A DNA stretch of 64,000 bases from an uncultured Candidatus Rokubacteria bacterium (lineage in GTDB: Bacteria > Methylomirabilota > Methylomirabilia > Rokubacteriales > DASRDR01), in the NCBI GenBank assembly GCA_963805625.1, contig CAWDVE010000010.1:256001-320000 (forward strand), written 5' to 3'. The notes under the pieces are model-generated. The model saw only the letters and a list, made by a program, of their open reading frames with translations, ran no database searches and was not told the origin of the DNA. The translations under genes and the position numbers were made by a program. Every line of letters begins with the position of its first letter. Position 1 is the first letter of the stretch. Below, one piece after another: positions 1-13,449 of the stretch.

Positions 1-1515
1 GCGGTGTTCGACGCGCCCCGGAAGAGCCCGGTGGCCACGCTGCTCGAGGAGCACGGCATCAGGCTGGAGGACGGCCAGCTCGTGGTGCGCCGGGAGCTGG
101 TGCGCGGAGGCCGTGGGCGCGTGTTCCTGAACGACGCCAACACGACCCTGGCCCTCCTGGAAAGACTCGGCGAGACCCTCGTCGAGGTCCACGGCCAGCA
201 CGAGCATCAGGCGCTGCTCCGGCCTGCCCGCCACCTCGACCTGCTGGATGCCTTCGCGGGTCTCGGGATCCTCCGCGACCGCCTGCGCCAGCGTCACGAG
301 GAGTGGCGCAGCGCCTCGGCCGAGCTCGACGCCCTCCGTGTGTCGGCTCGTGACCAGGTGGCCCGGACCACCCAGTACAGGGAGACGTTGGCGGAGATCG
401 ACGCCGCGCGGCTCCGGCCAACCGAGGAAGAGGAGCTTCGCGAGGAGCGTCGGCGGCTCGTGAACGCCGAGCGCCTGGCCGAGGGCGCCACCGGCGCCTA
501 CCGGGAGCTCTACGAGGATCCCGCCTCGGCCGTCGAGCGGGCAGGGCGCGCGGCGAGCTTGCTCCGTGACCTCGCGCGGATCGACCCCGGAATCCAGTCG
601 ACCATTCAGGCGCTCGACACCGCCGTGGTTCACCTGGACGAGACCGCGCGGGCCCTCCGGAGCTACCGCGATGGGGTCGTCTTCGATCCGCCGCGGCTCG
701 ACGCGATCGAGCGGCGGATGGACGAGATCGGGCGCCTCAAGCGGAAGTACGGGGAGAGCGTGGAGGCGGTCCTGACACTCCGGGCCCGGCTCGAAACCGA
801 TCTGGAGGGGCTCGCGCGCGCCGGCGAGGACGAAGGCAAGCTGGTGGAGCGCGTGGAGCGGCTCCGCACCGAGCTCGTCACGCGCGCCACGGACCTCGCC
901 GAGCGGCGCGATCAGGCCGTGGGCCGGCTCGAGACCTCCGTGCTGGCGGAGCTCGCCGCGCTCGACCTCGAGAGTGCGGTGTTCCGCGTGCGGCTGGCCC
1001 GGGAGCGGGCCGGCCAGGGGGAGCTCGGCGTCGGTCCCGAGGGGTGGCGGCTGGGTCCCAAGGGCGTCGACCAGGCCGAGTTTCTCTTCTCGGGCAACAC
1101 GGGGGAGGATGCCCGGCCGCTCGCCCGCATCGCCTCGGGCGGGGAGCTCTCGCGCACGATGCTCGCCCTCAAGGTCGTGCTCGCGGCGACCGACGCGGTG
1201 CCGGTGCTGATCTTCGACGAGGTGGATGTGGGCATCGGGGGGAAGACGGCCGACACCGTCGGCAAGAAGCTCCGCCAGGTCTCGCGGACGCGGCAGGTCC
1301 TCTGCGTCACGCACCTGCCGCAGATCGCGGCCTACGCCGACCAGCACTTCCGCGTCGAGAAGCGCGAGGACGACGGGCGCACGGCGACGACGGTCGCCGC
1401 CCTCGTCAAGAACGACCGGGTGCGGGAGGTCGCGCGCATGCTCGGCGGGGAGTCCGTCACCGACACGAGCCTCCAGCATGCGCTCGAGCTCATCACCCAG
1501 GCTCGAGGGAAGTGA
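1..1515 (+). CDS. recN: DNA repair protein RecN (5'-truncated by window edge)
   Basis: VEVHGQHEHQALL, ASGGELSR signature, LIFDEVDVGIGG Walker B, QVLCVTHLPQIAA, EVARMLGG; the N-terminal Walker A lies upstream of the window. Confidence 0.95.
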   Translation, partial: AVFDAPRKSPVATLLEEHGIRLEDGQLVVRRELVRGGRGRVFLNDANTTLALLERLGETLVEVHGQHEHQALLRPARHLDLLDAFAGLGILRDRLRQRHEEWRSASAELDALRVSARDQVARTTQYRETLAEIDAARLRPTEEEELREERRRLVNAERLAEGATGAYRELYEDPASAVERAGRAASLLRDLARIDPGIQSTIQALDTAVVHLDETARALRSYRDGVVFDPPRLDAIERRMDEIGRLKRKYGESVEAVLTLRARLETDLEGLARAGEDEGKLVERVERLRTELVTRATDLAERRDQAVGRLETSVLAELAALDLESAVFRVRLARERAGQGELGVGPEGWRLGPKGVDQAEFLFSGNTGEDARPLARIASGGELSRTMLALKVVLAATDAVPVLIFDEVDVGIGGKTADTVGKKLRQVSRTRQVLCVTHLPQIAAYADQHFRVEKREDDGRTATTVAALVKNDRVREVARMLGGESVTDTSLQHALELITQARGK

Positions 1516-1563
1516 GGGCCGCTCGGACCCGGCTCCCCGCCGGCCCGGCTTGATCCGGGGGAG

Positions 1564-1569
1564 TACAAT
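1564..1569 (+). promoter_or_regulatory. putative -10 element (TACAAT) 9 nt upstream of the secA ATG
   Basis: near-consensus -10 in an otherwise GC-rich intergenic region; no good -35 at 17 nt spacing. Confidence 0.45.
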
Positions 1570-1578
1570 GAGCTCGTC

Positions 1579-4356
<2,778 letters not shown>

Positions 4357-4370
4357 GGGTTCCCCTCTCC

Positions 4371-4399
4371 GCCGCCTGAGCCTCGGCCAGGCGGCTGTT
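4371..4399 (+). terminator. possible weak intrinsic terminator after secA
   Basis: 8-bp stem GCCGCCTG/CAGGCGGC followed only by TGTT. Confidence 0.35.
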
Positions 4400-4471
4400 C
4401 GGGCCGGGGTTCATCGCATCAACATGTGGGGTGCTGGGACCGCGAGAGCGCCCACCCCTGGTATTTTTTCC

Positions 4472-4500
4472 TTGGACAGACCCCCAGCCCGTGCTATCAG
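4472..4500 (+). promoter_or_regulatory. putative sigma70 promoter for smc
   Basis: T-rich stretch, then TTGGAC-N17-TATCAG with an extended TGn; the -10 lacks the final T. Confidence 0.4.
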
Positions 4501-4512
4501 TCTTTGACAGTC

Positions 4513-7500
4513 ATGCGGCTCCAAGGAGTGACGCTGTTCGGCTTCAAGTCTTTCGCGGATCGCACCGAGGTGCGCATCCTTCCCGGGATCACCGCCATCG
4601 TCGGTCCCAACGGCTGCGGCAAATCGAACATCTCGGACGCGCTCCGATGGGCGCTCGGCGAGCAGAGTCCCAAGGCCCTCCGCGGCCACCGGATGGAGGA
4701 CGTGATCTTCCACGGGTCGGCCTCGCGGCGGCCGCTGGGGTTGTCCGAGGTCCTGCTCACGTTTTCCAACGACGGTGAGCTGAGCGTGCCGTGGAGCGAA
4801 GTGGGCGTCGGACGGCGACTCTACCGGGACGGCGAGTCCGAGTACCTCCTTAACAAGACGGTCTGCCGGCTGAAGGACATCCACGATCTCTTCCTGGGCA
4901 CGGGCGTGAACCCGAAGGCCTACGCGCTGATGGAGCAGGAGCGTCTGGCCCACATCCTCACCGCGAAGCCACTCGACCGACGGGTTTTCGTGGAGGAGGC
5001 GGCGGGCATCACCCGGTACAAGCTCCAGCGAGCCGAGACGCTCGGCAAGCTGGAGGCGACGCGCCAGAATCTCCTCCGCGTGCGGGACGTGATGGACGAG
5101 GTCAAGCGGCAGCTCGGCTCCCTCGAGCGCCAGGCCAAGAAGGCGCAGCAGCACAAGGTCCTTCAGGGCGAGCGGCGAACGATCGAGGTCGCCCTCCTGG
5201 CGGCGGAGCATGCCGCGCTGACCGGGGAGGAGGAGCGCCTCGGCGGGGAAGAGGCGGCCGAGCGAGCTGGGGTCGAGGTGGGACAGACTCGCGTGGCCGC
5301 GCTGGGGGCGGCGCTCGAGCTGGCCCGCGCCGACGTAATGACGGCCGAGCAGCGGGCGGCCGAGTCGCGACACACGCTCCAGCGGGCGGAGCTCGAGCTC
5401 GAGGGGTGCGTGGGACGGGCCGAGCAGCTCCGCTTGGTCGAGCGCGACCTGGGTGCCGAGGTCGCTCGGCTCGGCGAGGAGGCGGAGGCCCTCTCGCTCA
5501 GGCTGAAGGCGCTTGCCGAGGAGCGACGCGCCAAGGGCACGCTCCTCGAGGCCATCCGGCGCGAGTTCGCGGCCCTCCAGGTGCGGGCGCAGGCCGAAGA
5601 GGCGGCGCTCGACGAGCTGCGCGTGCGCCTCCGGGGTGCCCGGGAGGCAGCGGAGACACTCCGCCACGATCAGGTGGGTCTCGCGGGACACCGGACCGAG
5701 CTCGGGCAGATCCTGGGCGCGCTGGACGAGCGGCAGGAGCATCTTCATCGGCGGCTGGATCGCCTCAAGGGAGAGCGCGTCGAGGCCGATGCCGAGCGGG
5801 CCCGCATCGAGGCCGCCCGGGGAGCCGCCAGCGCCCGCGTGGGTGCCGCCGCGGCTCGCGTCGCCGCGCTCGAGATCGAGCTTCGGGATCTGGCGACGGA
5901 TGCGGGGGCGGCGGCGGCGGAGCGGACCGCGGCCACGGAGGCGGCGGAAACGTGCCGGGTGACCCTTGCGTCTCGGCGGTCAAGCCGGGCCGCGCTGGAG
6001 GAGCTCGAAGCCCAGCGGGCCGGCTACGCCCGGGGCGTGCAGGCGGTCTTCGCGGCCGCCGGGGAGGCGCGCCTCCGAGGGGTCGTGGGTACCGTCGCAG
6101 ACCTCCTCGATGTGCCGCGGGAGCTCGAGCGCGCCGTCGAGGCGGCGCTGGGCGAGCGGCTCCAGTGGGTGGTGATGGAGACGTTCGAGGCCGCCAAGAC
6201 GGCCCTCGGCTACCTCGGCACCTCCGGCGGCGGGCAGGCGACGTTTCTGCCGCTCGACTGGCTGAACGGCACTCCGGAGGCGCACGTCGGCACGGACCCG
6301 GGTGTGGTGGGGCTGGCGGAGGAGCTCGTCGCCTCGGGCCATCCGCGCCTGGTCGCCAACCTGCTCGGCTCGGTCGTCGTGGTGCGCGATCTCGGCGCGG
6401 CGGAGCGCCTGTACGCCCAGAACGGTCACGGGGCGAGCTTCGTGACCGTCGGCGGTGAGCTGCTGAGCCCTCCCGGCGCCCTCGGCGGCGGGCGGGCCGC
6501 GGGCGGCGGCGACGCCTCGCTCCTCGCCCGGAAGCGCGCGATCCGCGACCTCGGTGCGGAGATCCTGCGCCTGGAGGTCGAGGTGGAGGAGGCCCAGGAG
6601 CGTGGGCGCCGGGCGGAGGCACGCGTCGCCGCGCTCGACGACACGCAGCGCGCGCGTGCCACTGCGCGGGAGGCCGCCGAGGCCGAGCGGCTGACGGCCT
6701 CGAAGGATCTCGAGCAGGTCGTGCGCGAGGCCGAGCGGGTCGGCCTGGCGGCGGAGGCGCTCCGCACGGAGGTCGCCCAGCTCCGCGCAGACGCCGCCGG
6801 CGTCGAGACCGAGGCGCGGACCCAGCGCAAAGGGCTCGCCGAGGTCGAGGCGCGGGCGGCGCGCGTGGCGTCCGAGATCGCGGAGCTCCTGGGACGCATC
6901 GAGATCGACTCACACGACGAGGCTCGGCGCTCGCAGGCGTTCCTGGACGCCCAGGTGGAGCTGGCGGCCCTGGCGGGGCGCATCGACACGATCGAGTCCG
7001 ACCTCGTGCGGAACCAGGCCGACGAGGGTGAGGCAGAGGAGCGGATCCAGGCGGGCGAGGAACGCCTCGGGACACTCCAGGGCCGCCTGGAGGAGGGTTC
7101 CGCGGAGCGCCGCCGTCTCGACGGCCGCGCCGAGGCGGTCCGGGCCGAACGGGACCAGATCGAGGCCGTCGCCCGGGCCACCGCCGAGACCGTGCGGGAG
7201 TGCACGGAAGCAGTCACGCGTGCCGGTGACGAGCTCCGCGGCCGCGAGGCCGAGCTCCACCGGGCGACGCGGGCGGTGCAGGAGCACGCCATCCGGCTGG
7301 CCGAGCTCCGGGTGAGGCGCCAGGATCTCGAGGCCGACGTGCGGCGCCGCTTCGAGGTGGAGGCGGACGGGCTACGGCTGGCCCACGATCCGGAGCGTGA
7401 CCTCGGAGAGGCGCGGGCGCGGCTTGAGGCTGTCACCCAGCGAATCACCGCCCTCGAGCCGGTCAACCTCATCGCGGACGAGGAGTATCGGGAACTCGAC

Positions 7501-8055
7501 GAGCGTCTCGCGTTCCTCCGCACGCAGCACGACGATCTGTCCTCGTCGATGCGCGACCTGGAGAAGGCGCTTCGCGGAATGACGCGGACCGCGCAGGAAC
7601 GGTTCGTCGAGGCATTCGAGGCCATCAACCGGAACTTCCAGGATCTCTTCACGCGGCTCTTCGAAGGCGGGCGTGCGGAGCTGCGCCTGGTCGAGGCGCC
7701 GGAGGGGGGTGACCCGCTCGATACCGGCATCGAGATGGTCGCTCAGCCCCGGGGGAAGCGGCTCCAGGCGATCTCGCTCCTGTCCGGAGGCGAGAAGGCG
7801 CTGACGGGCCTCGCGCTGCTCTTCGCGATCTTCTACTACCGGCCCAGTCCCTTCTGTCTCCTCGACGAGGTGGACGCGCCGCTCGACGACGCGAACATCC
7901 ACCGGTTCACGCGGGTCCTCCGGGAGCTGTCGAGCCAGACCCAGTTCATCGTCATCACCCACAACCGGAAGACCATGGAGGCGGCCGACGTCCTGTACGG
8001 CGTCACCATGGAGGAGCCGGGTCTCTCCCGGATCGTTTCCGTCAACCTCGCCTGA
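4513..8055 (+). CDS. smc: chromosome segregation protein SMC
   Basis: MRLQGVTLFGFKSF start, GPNGCGKSN Walker A, long coiled coils, hinge (GVVGTVADLL...GQATFLPL), LSGGEK, LLDEVDAPLD; start moved from 4426 to ATG 4513. Confidence 0.97.
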   Translation: MRLQGVTLFGFKSFADRTEVRILPGITAIVGPNGCGKSNISDALRWALGEQSPKALRGHRMEDVIFHGSASRRPLGLSEVLLTFSNDGELSVPWSEVGVGRRLYRDGESEYLLNKTVCRLKDIHDLFLGTGVNPKAYALMEQERLAHILTAKPLDRRVFVEEAAGITRYKLQRAETLGKLEATRQNLLRVRDVMDEVKRQLGSLERQAKKAQQHKVLQGERRTIEVALLAAEHAALTGEEERLGGEEAAERAGVEVGQTRVAALGAALELARADVMTAEQRAAESRHTLQRAELELEGCVGRAEQLRLVERDLGAEVARLGEEAEALSLRLKALAEERRAKGTLLEAIRREFAALQVRAQAEEAALDELRVRLRGAREAAETLRHDQVGLAGHRTELGQILGALDERQEHLHRRLDRLKGERVEADAERARIEAARGAASARVGAAAARVAALEIELRDLATDAGAAAAERTAATEAAETCRVTLASRRSSRAALEELEAQRAGYARGVQAVFAAAGEARLRGVVGTVADLLDVPRELERAVEAALGERLQWVVMETFEAAKTALGYLGTSGGGQATFLPLDWLNGTPEAHVGTDPGVVGLAEELVASGHPRLVANLLGSVVVVRDLGAAERLYAQNGHGASFVTVGGELLSPPGALGGGRAAGGGDASLLARKRAIRDLGAEILRLEVEVEEAQERGRRAEARVAALDDTQRARATAREAAEAERLTASKDLEQVVREAERVGLAAEALRTEVAQLRADAAGVETEARTQRKGLAEVEARAARVASEIAELLGRIEIDSHDEARRSQAFLDAQVELAALAGRIDTIESDLVRNQADEGEAEERIQAGEERLGTLQGRLEEGSAERRRLDGRAEAVRAERDQIEAVARATAETVRECTEAVTRAGDELRGREAELHRATRAVQEHAIRLAELRVRRQDLEADVRRRFEVEADGLRLAHDPERDLGEARARLEAVTQRITALEPVNLIADEEYRELDERLAFLRTQHDDLSSSMRDLEKALRGMTRTAQERFVEAFEAINRNFQDLFTRLFEGGRAELRLVEAPEGGDPLDTGIEMVAQPRGKRLQAISLLSGGEKALTGLALLFAIFYYRPSPFCLLDEVDAPLDDANIHRFTRVLRELSSQTQFIVITHNRKTMEAADVLYGVTMEEPGLSRIVSVNLA

Positions 8056-8147
8056 GGTTTTCCCGGCCTGGAAGAGGCCGTGGACGGACGCACGAAGGGC
8101 AAGAGTGCCTGCACGGATCGTAGCGCCAGACTGCCCAAGAGCCCAGC

Positions 8148-8484
8148 CCCGACCTGGACGTCCATCTGATCGTGGATAACTACGTGACCCACAAGACGGC
8201 CCGGATCCAGCGCTGGCTCGCCAAACGCCCCCTGTATCATCTGCACTTCACGCCGAAGGGGCGCGTCTTGGATCAATCTGGTCGAGCGTTGGTTCGCGTG
8301 GCTCACCGAAAAGCAGCTGCGGCGTGGGATCCATCGCAGCAGCCGCGACCTCGAGGCCGCCATCGACCGATACCTGACCGTCTACAGCGAAGTGCCGAAG
8401 CCCTTCGTGTGGACCGAGACGGCCGATGAGATCCTCGCCAGCGTCGCCCGCTCTTGTCATCGGATCTCAGACTCAGGACACTAG
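8148..8484 (+). mobile_element. IS630-family transposase 3' remnant with frameshift and right end
   Basis: PDLDVHLIVDNYVTHK...HLHFTPKG, then a 1-nt frameshift near 8260, then ASWINLVERWF...PKPFVWT...RISDSGH* ending in CTAG; typical IS630 DDE C-terminus; 5' part absent. Confidence 0.85.
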
Positions 8485-8671
8485 TCTGGCTTTCCCGATC
8501 GTCGCGTGGAGCGTTTCCCTGTCGCGCACGCCCGTGGGGAGTTTGCCGAGCTGCGGCGCCGTCAATGCGATCATCGGCCTTGGTGCGCCGCGGGGTGTCG
8601 TCGCGGGGGCTCCTGGCGCGTGTTTTCCCTGTGTCCATGGTCCTTTGGCGTCCCCTCGGGCTCGACCCGTG

Positions 8672-8680
8672 TGCTAAACT
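8672..8680 (+). promoter_or_regulatory. putative extended -10 (TGcTAAACT) for the rodZ-ftsY-rib run
   Basis: TGn+TAAACT 18 nt upstream of the rodZ ATG. Confidence 0.4.
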
Positions 8681-8698
8681 ACGAAGGAAATTCAGCAC

Positions 8699-9526
8699 AT
8701 GAGCGCCAAGTACACTCTGGGTGCGTATCTGCGTCGAGGCCGTGAGCGGTCTGGCCTCTCCGTAGACGCCGTCTCGGCCGGGAGCCGGATCGTGCCCCGC
8801 CTCGTGGATGCCCTCGAGTCGGACCGTCAGGATCTATTACCGGCTCCTGTCTATGTTCGCGGCTTCATCCGCGCCTACTGCGAGCAGATCGGCGCCGACG
8901 CGGACGAGGCTCTCCGCCTCTTCGACGAGCAGGCGGCTCCGCCCCCGTCGCTGACTGTCCCCGCCCTGCCTCCACGGACGCGGCCGTTGCCAGCCGTGCG
9001 GCGCTTGAGACGTGTCGCCGTGGTCTCGGTCCTGGCGGTGGTGCTCGGAGTCGTGGGGATCTTCATTCTTGGGCGCCGGCAGCCGGATGCCGTCGCCAGC
9101 CGGGGAGCGGGCGCCAGGGTGACCGCGTCGCGCTCTTCGACCGCGCCGCCGCCGGTGGAACGGGCCATGCCGGCACCGCGCGCGTCTTCCGCCGCTGTCA
9201 CCGCGCCGGCCGCTCCCGCACCGCCAGCGGCCGCGACGGCGGCCGTCGCGCCGGCCTCGAGCGTGCCGGGATCGGTCGAGCGAGTGCTTCTCGTGCGCGC
9301 GATCGACACCACGTGGGTGCGCGTCAAGCCCGACGGTGCCGGTCCGACCGAGGAGACGCTCTCACCCGGCTCCGTACGCGAGTGGCGGAGCCCCGGACGG
9401 TTCCACGTCACCCTCGGGAACGCGGGAGGCGTCGAGCTCGAGCTTGACGGTCGCGTGCTGCCCGCGCTGGGCGCGCCCGGTCAGGTGGTCCGGGACGCGA
9501 CCGTGCCGGGCGAGACCCAGCCGTGA
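8699..9526 (+). CDS. rodZ: RodZ-like protein (HTH, TM helix, DUF4115-like C-domain)
   Basis: LGAYLRRGRE...LPAPVYVRGFIRAYC HTH, hydrophobic TM segment, Pro/Ala linker, TWVRV...VTLGNAGGVELELDG. Confidence 0.85.
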   Translation: MSAKYTLGAYLRRGRERSGLSVDAVSAGSRIVPRLVDALESDRQDLLPAPVYVRGFIRAYCEQIGADADEALRLFDEQAAPPPSLTVPALPPRTRPLPAVRRLRRVAVVSVLAVVLGVVGIFILGRRQPDAVASRGAGARVTASRSSTAPPPVERAMPAPRASSAAVTAPAAPAPPAAATAAVAPASSVPGSVERVLLVRAIDTTWVRVKPDGAGPTEETLSPGSVREWRSPGRFHVTLGNAGGVELELDGRVLPALGAPGQVVRDATVPGETQP

Positions 9527-10440
9527 AGTTCCTGTCGGGACTCGCCGATCGCCTGAGAGACGGGCTCGGCAAGACGCGCGTTGCGCTCGAGGAGGGCTTC
9601 ACCCGCATCTTCCAGGGGCAGGAGCTCGAGGACGACACAGTGGAGGAGCTGGAATCGCTCCTTCTGCAGGCCGACCTCGGGCTCGACACCGCCGAGGGGT
9701 TCGTGGAGCGCGTCCGGGAGCAGGCCCGGCGCGGCAGGCTGACGGGCGGGGATGCCCGTCGCGCGCTGGCGGACCACCTGCGCGAGGCACTGGCTGGAGC
9801 CGGTGCGGCGCTCGATCTCGACGCGCGGCCCGCGGTCGTGCTGGTCGTCGGCGTCAACGGTTCCGGGAAGACGACGACCTGCGGGAAGCTCGCCTGGCGA
9901 CTCCGCCAGGAGGGACATGCGGTCCTTCTCGGGGCGGGCGACACGTTTCGGGCCGCGGCGATCGACCAGCTCGAGCGCTGGGGTGAACGGATCGGCGTGC
10001 CGGTGGTGAGCCAGGGCCCCGGGGCGGATCCGTCGGCGGTAGCCTTCGATGCCGTGAAGGCCGCGCAGGCCCGCGGGTCCGAGGTCCTGATCGTGGACAC
10101 CGCCGGCCGGCTTCACACGAAGTCGAACCTCATGGCGGAGCTGGCCAAAGTCAAGCGCGTGATCGGCCGTCAATGCGCGGGCGCGCCTCACGAGGTGCTC
10201 CTCGTCCTGGACGCGACCACGGGCCAGAACGGCATCGCCCAGGCGCGGGTCTTCCACGAGGGCCTCGGGCTGACGGGTCTCGTGCTCACGAAGCTCGACG
10301 GCACCGCGAAGGGCGGGATCGTCATCCGGATCTACCGCGAGCTCGGCGTGCCCATCAAGCTCGTGGCGACGGGCGAGAAGGCCGATGATCTAGCGACGTT
10401 CGACCCCGACGCGTACGTCGACGCGCTGGTCGGAGCCTGA
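9523..10440 (+). CDS. ftsY: signal recognition particle receptor FtsY
   Basis: GVNGSGKTTT, DTFRAAA, DTAGR, TKLDGTAKGG; NG domains only. Confidence 0.97.
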   Translation: MKFLSGLADRLRDGLGKTRVALEEGFTRIFQGQELEDDTVEELESLLLQADLGLDTAEGFVERVREQARRGRLTGGDARRALADHLREALAGAGAALDLDARPAVVLVVGVNGSGKTTTCGKLAWRLRQEGHAVLLGAGDTFRAAAIDQLERWGERIGVPVVSQGPGADPSAVAFDAVKAAQARGSEVLIVDTAGRLHTKSNLMAELAKVKRVIGRQCAGAPHEVLLVLDATTGQNGIAQARVFHEGLGLTGLVLTKLDGTAKGGIVIRIYRELGVPIKLVATGEKADDLATFDPDAYVDALVGA

Positions 10441-10441
10441 C

Positions 10442-11566
10442 GTGCAGTCGCACGCCCCCGTCGCGGCAGACGACCGCGACGCCCTGTGGATGGACCGGGC
10501 CCTGCGGCTTGCCGAGCGGGGCATCGGACTGACGTCGCCGAATCCCGCGGTCGGCGCGGTGCTGGTCAAGGACCAGCGGGTCGTCGGCGAGGGCGCGCAC
10601 CTCCGAGCCGGGGGCCCCCATGCCGAGGCCGCGGCGCTGGATGCGGCTGGCCCGGCTGCGCGCGGCGCGACCTGCTACGTGACGCTCGAGCCGTGCGCCC
10701 ACTTCGGGCGCACGCCGCCGTGCGCGGACGCGCTCGTGCGGGCGGGCGTCGCGCGGGTCGTGGCGGCCGTCGGCGACCCGCATCCGGAGGTCGACGGACG
10801 CGGTCTGGCGCGGCTCCAGGCGGCCGGCGTGAGCGTCACGGTGGGCGTCCGCGAGGCCGAGGCTCGCGCGCTGAATCGCGCGTTCCTGTGCGCGGTGACG
10901 GAAGGCCGGCCGCACGTCACGCTCAAGGCGGCCATGACGCTCGACGGCAAGATCGCCGGGGCGGACGGGGTGTCCCGGTGGATCACGGGGGAGGCGGCGC
11001 GGCTCGAGGGGCACCGGTTCAGGTTCGCCGCGGACGCCGTCCTCGTGGGGATCGGCACGGTGCTGGCCGACGATCCCCAGCTCACGGTGCGGCACCCGGG
11101 GCTGCCTACGAAGGAGCCGTTCCGGGTCGTCGTCGACAGCCGGCTGCGCATTCCGGGCGACGCCCGCGTCCTTCGCTCGGGCGATCCTGCGCGTGCTCTC
11201 GTTGCCTGCGTCGGCCCGGCGCCCGCTGGCCCCGCCGCGGTGCTGCGGGCCCAGGGCGTTCGGGTCCTCGAGCTGCCGGCGGACTCGGGCCGCGTGGATC
11301 TCCGCGCCCTCCTCGGGGCGCTGCGAGCGCTGGACGTGATCGCGGTGCTTGCCGAGGGAGGTGGAGAGCTCGGCGGCGCGCTCGCGGACGCCGGGCTCGT
11401 CGACCGCGTGGCCTTCTTCGTGGCGCCCCGGCTTCTGGGGGGGCGGGAGGCCCCCGGGCCACTCGGGGGTCGCGGGCGCCCGCTGAAGGAAGCCCTCGCG
11501 CTGGTCGACGTCGTCATACGCCGGCTCGACGACGACCTGCTCGTCGAGGCCGACGTCCAGCGCTAG
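10442..11566 (+). CDS. ribD: riboflavin biosynthesis deaminase/reductase RibD
   Basis: PNPAVGAV, HAE, TLEPCAHFGRTPPC, SRWIT, EGG. Confidence 0.96.
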   Translation: MQSHAPVAADDRDALWMDRALRLAERGIGLTSPNPAVGAVLVKDQRVVGEGAHLRAGGPHAEAAALDAAGPAARGATCYVTLEPCAHFGRTPPCADALVRAGVARVVAAVGDPHPEVDGRGLARLQAAGVSVTVGVREAEARALNRAFLCAVTEGRPHVTLKAAMTLDGKIAGADGVSRWITGEAARLEGHRFRFAADAVLVGIGTVLADDPQLTVRHPGLPTKEPFRVVVDSRLRIPGDARVLRSGDPARALVACVGPAPAGPAAVLRAQGVRVLELPADSGRVDLRALLGALRALDVIAVLAEGGGELGGALADAGLVDRVAFFVAPRLLGGREAPGPLGGRGRPLKEALALVDVVIRRLDDDLLVEADVQR

Positions 11567-11569
11567 ACC

Positions 11570-12211
11570 ATGTTCACGGGGATCGTCGAGGCGCTCGGCC
11601 GGGTTGGAGGGCTGGAGACCGCGGGGGACGGGCGGCGGCTCAGGGTGGCGGTGCCGGATGAATCCGGCTGGCGGCTCGGGCTCGGGGAGAGCGTGGCGGT
11701 CAGCGGAGTCTGCCTCACGGTGGTGGACGCGCCGCCGGGCGAGCTCGCGTTCGATCTCGCCGAGGAAACGCTGCGCGTGACGACCCTGGGCGGCCTGGGC
11801 ATCGGCGATCCGGTGAACCTGGAGCGGCCCCTCCGGTTCGACGGGCGGCTCGGGGGCCATTTGGTGCTGGGGCACGTCGACGGCGTGGGGCGGGTCACGG
11901 CGGTCCGACCGGAAGGCGACGGCGCGCGAGTGGACGTGGAGGTGCCCGCGCGCCTCAGACCGCTCCTGATCCCGAAGGGCTCGATCACGGTCGACGGTGT
12001 GAGCCTCACCGTGGCGGCCCTCGAGGAGGAAGTCTTCGCGGTCGCGCTCATTCCGCACACACTAGCGGTGACGACGCTGGGTCAGCGCCGGCCCGGCGAT
12101 CCGGTCAACCTGGAGATGGACGTGATCGGGAAGTACGTGCGAGGCTTTGTGCAGCAGTGGCAGGAGTGGCAGGAGTCGCCGCAGCGGGGCGTGGCGAGGA
12201 GGGAGTCATGA
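11570..12211 (+). CDS. ribE: riboflavin synthase (alpha)
   Basis: MFTGIV start, [32 protein letters not shown]. Confidence 0.97.
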   Translation: MFTGIVEALGRVGGLETAGDGRRLRVAVPDESGWRLGLGESVAVSGVCLTVVDAPPGELAFDLAEETLRVTTLGGLGIGDPVNLERPLRFDGRLGGHLVLGHVDGVGRVTAVRPEGDGARVDVEVPARLRPLLIPKGSITVDGVSLTVAALEEEVFAVALIPHTLAVTTLGQRRPGDPVNLEMDVIGKYVRGFVQQWQEWQESPQRGVARRES

Positions 12212-13443
12212 TCGAGAGCGAGCGTGGCGGGGAGCGGCCCGGCTTCGCGACGATCGAGGCAGCGATCGACGATGTCCGCCAGGGGCGGATGATCCTCGTC
12301 GTCGACGACGAGGACCGCGAGAACGAGGGTGACCTCGTCATGGCCGCCGACCGGGTGACTCCGGAGGCCGTCAACTTCATGGCCAAGCACGGGCGTGGCC
12401 TGATCTGTGTCCCCATGACGGGCGAGCGTCTGGACGATCTCCGCATCAACATGATGGTGACCGACAACACGGCGCCCATGGGGACGGCCTTCACGGTAAC
12501 CGTGGACGCCAAGCGCGGCGTCACGACCGGGACCTCGGCGTACGACCGGGCGCTGACGGTCCGGGCGCTCGTCGATCCCGCCACGCTCCCGGAGGACCTT
12601 GCGCGTCCCGGCCACATCCTGCCGCTCAGGTCGATGCCTGGAGGCGTGCTGCGGCGAGCGGGCCACACCGAGGCGGCCGTGGACCTCGCCCGGTTCGCCG
12701 GCTGCTCGCCGGCAGGCGTGATCTGCGAGATCATGGACGAACAGGGGGAGATGGCGCGCCTCCCGGAGCTCACCGCGCTGGCGGCGCGGTACGACCTCCG
12801 GATGATCACCATCAAGGATCTCATCCGGTACCGCATCCAGAAGGACAAGCTGGTTCGGCGAGCTGCGACCACGCTCCTGCCGACGGTGTACGGGCCCTTC
12901 GGGGCCATTGCCTACGAGACCACGGTGGACGACCGCGTGGTCCTGGCGCTGACGATGGGCGAAGTCCGGGGGGACGACCCCGTCTTGGTGCGGATGCACT
13001 CGGAGTGTCTCTCCGGAGATGTCTTCCGGTCGCAGCGCTGCGACTGCGGGGACCAGCTCGCCAAGGCGCTCACCATCATCGCTGGCGCGGGTCGCGGCGT
13101 GCTGGTCTACCTCCGGCAGGAGGGACGCGGCATCGGCCTCCTGAACAAGATGCGCGCCTACGAGCTGCAGGACCAGGGGAAGGACACGGTGGAGGCCAAC
13201 GAGGCGCTGGGCTTCAAGGCGGACCTCCGTGACTACGGCATCGGCGCGCAGATCCTCGTCGACCTCGGCATCCGCTCCATGCGGCTCCTCACCAACAACC
13301 CCAAGAAGATCGTGGGGCTGGAGGGCTACGGCCTCCACGTCGTCGAGCGGGTGCCGATCGAGGTGCCGCCCTCCGAGGCGAACCGGTTCTACCTCAGGAC
13401 CAAGCACGACAAGCTGGGTCATCTCTTCTCGGACCGCCCCTAG
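12208..13443 (+). CDS. ribBA: bifunctional DHBP synthase / GTP cyclohydrolase II
   Basis: [51 protein letters not shown]; ATG overlaps the ribE stop. Confidence 0.97.
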   Translation: MIESERGGERPGFATIEAAIDDVRQGRMILVVDDEDRENEGDLVMAADRVTPEAVNFMAKHGRGLICVPMTGERLDDLRINMMVTDNTAPMGTAFTVTVDAKRGVTTGTSAYDRALTVRALVDPATLPEDLARPGHILPLRSMPGGVLRRAGHTEAAVDLARFAGCSPAGVICEIMDEQGEMARLPELTALAARYDLRMITIKDLIRYRIQKDKLVRRAATTLLPTVYGPFGAIAYETTVDDRVVLALTMGEVRGDDPVLVRMHSECLSGDVFRSQRCDCGDQLAKALTIIAGAGRGVLVYLRQEGRGIGLLNKMRAYELQDQGKDTVEANEALGFKADLRDYGIGAQILVDLGIRSMRLLTNNPKKIVGLEGYGLHVVERVPIEVPPSEANRFYLRTKHDKLGHLFSDRP

Positions 13444-13449
13444 GCCGCG

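Noticed and set aside
8485-8670. Possible ncRNA or repeated TTTCCCTGT sites upstream of rodZ
   Set aside because: Only two 9-mers about 100 nt apart and no recognisable RNA family.
12156-12176. 9-nt tandem duplication AGTGGCAGG x2 at the ribE end (WQEWQE)
   Set aside because: Simple slippage in a non-conserved tail; only two copies, not an array.
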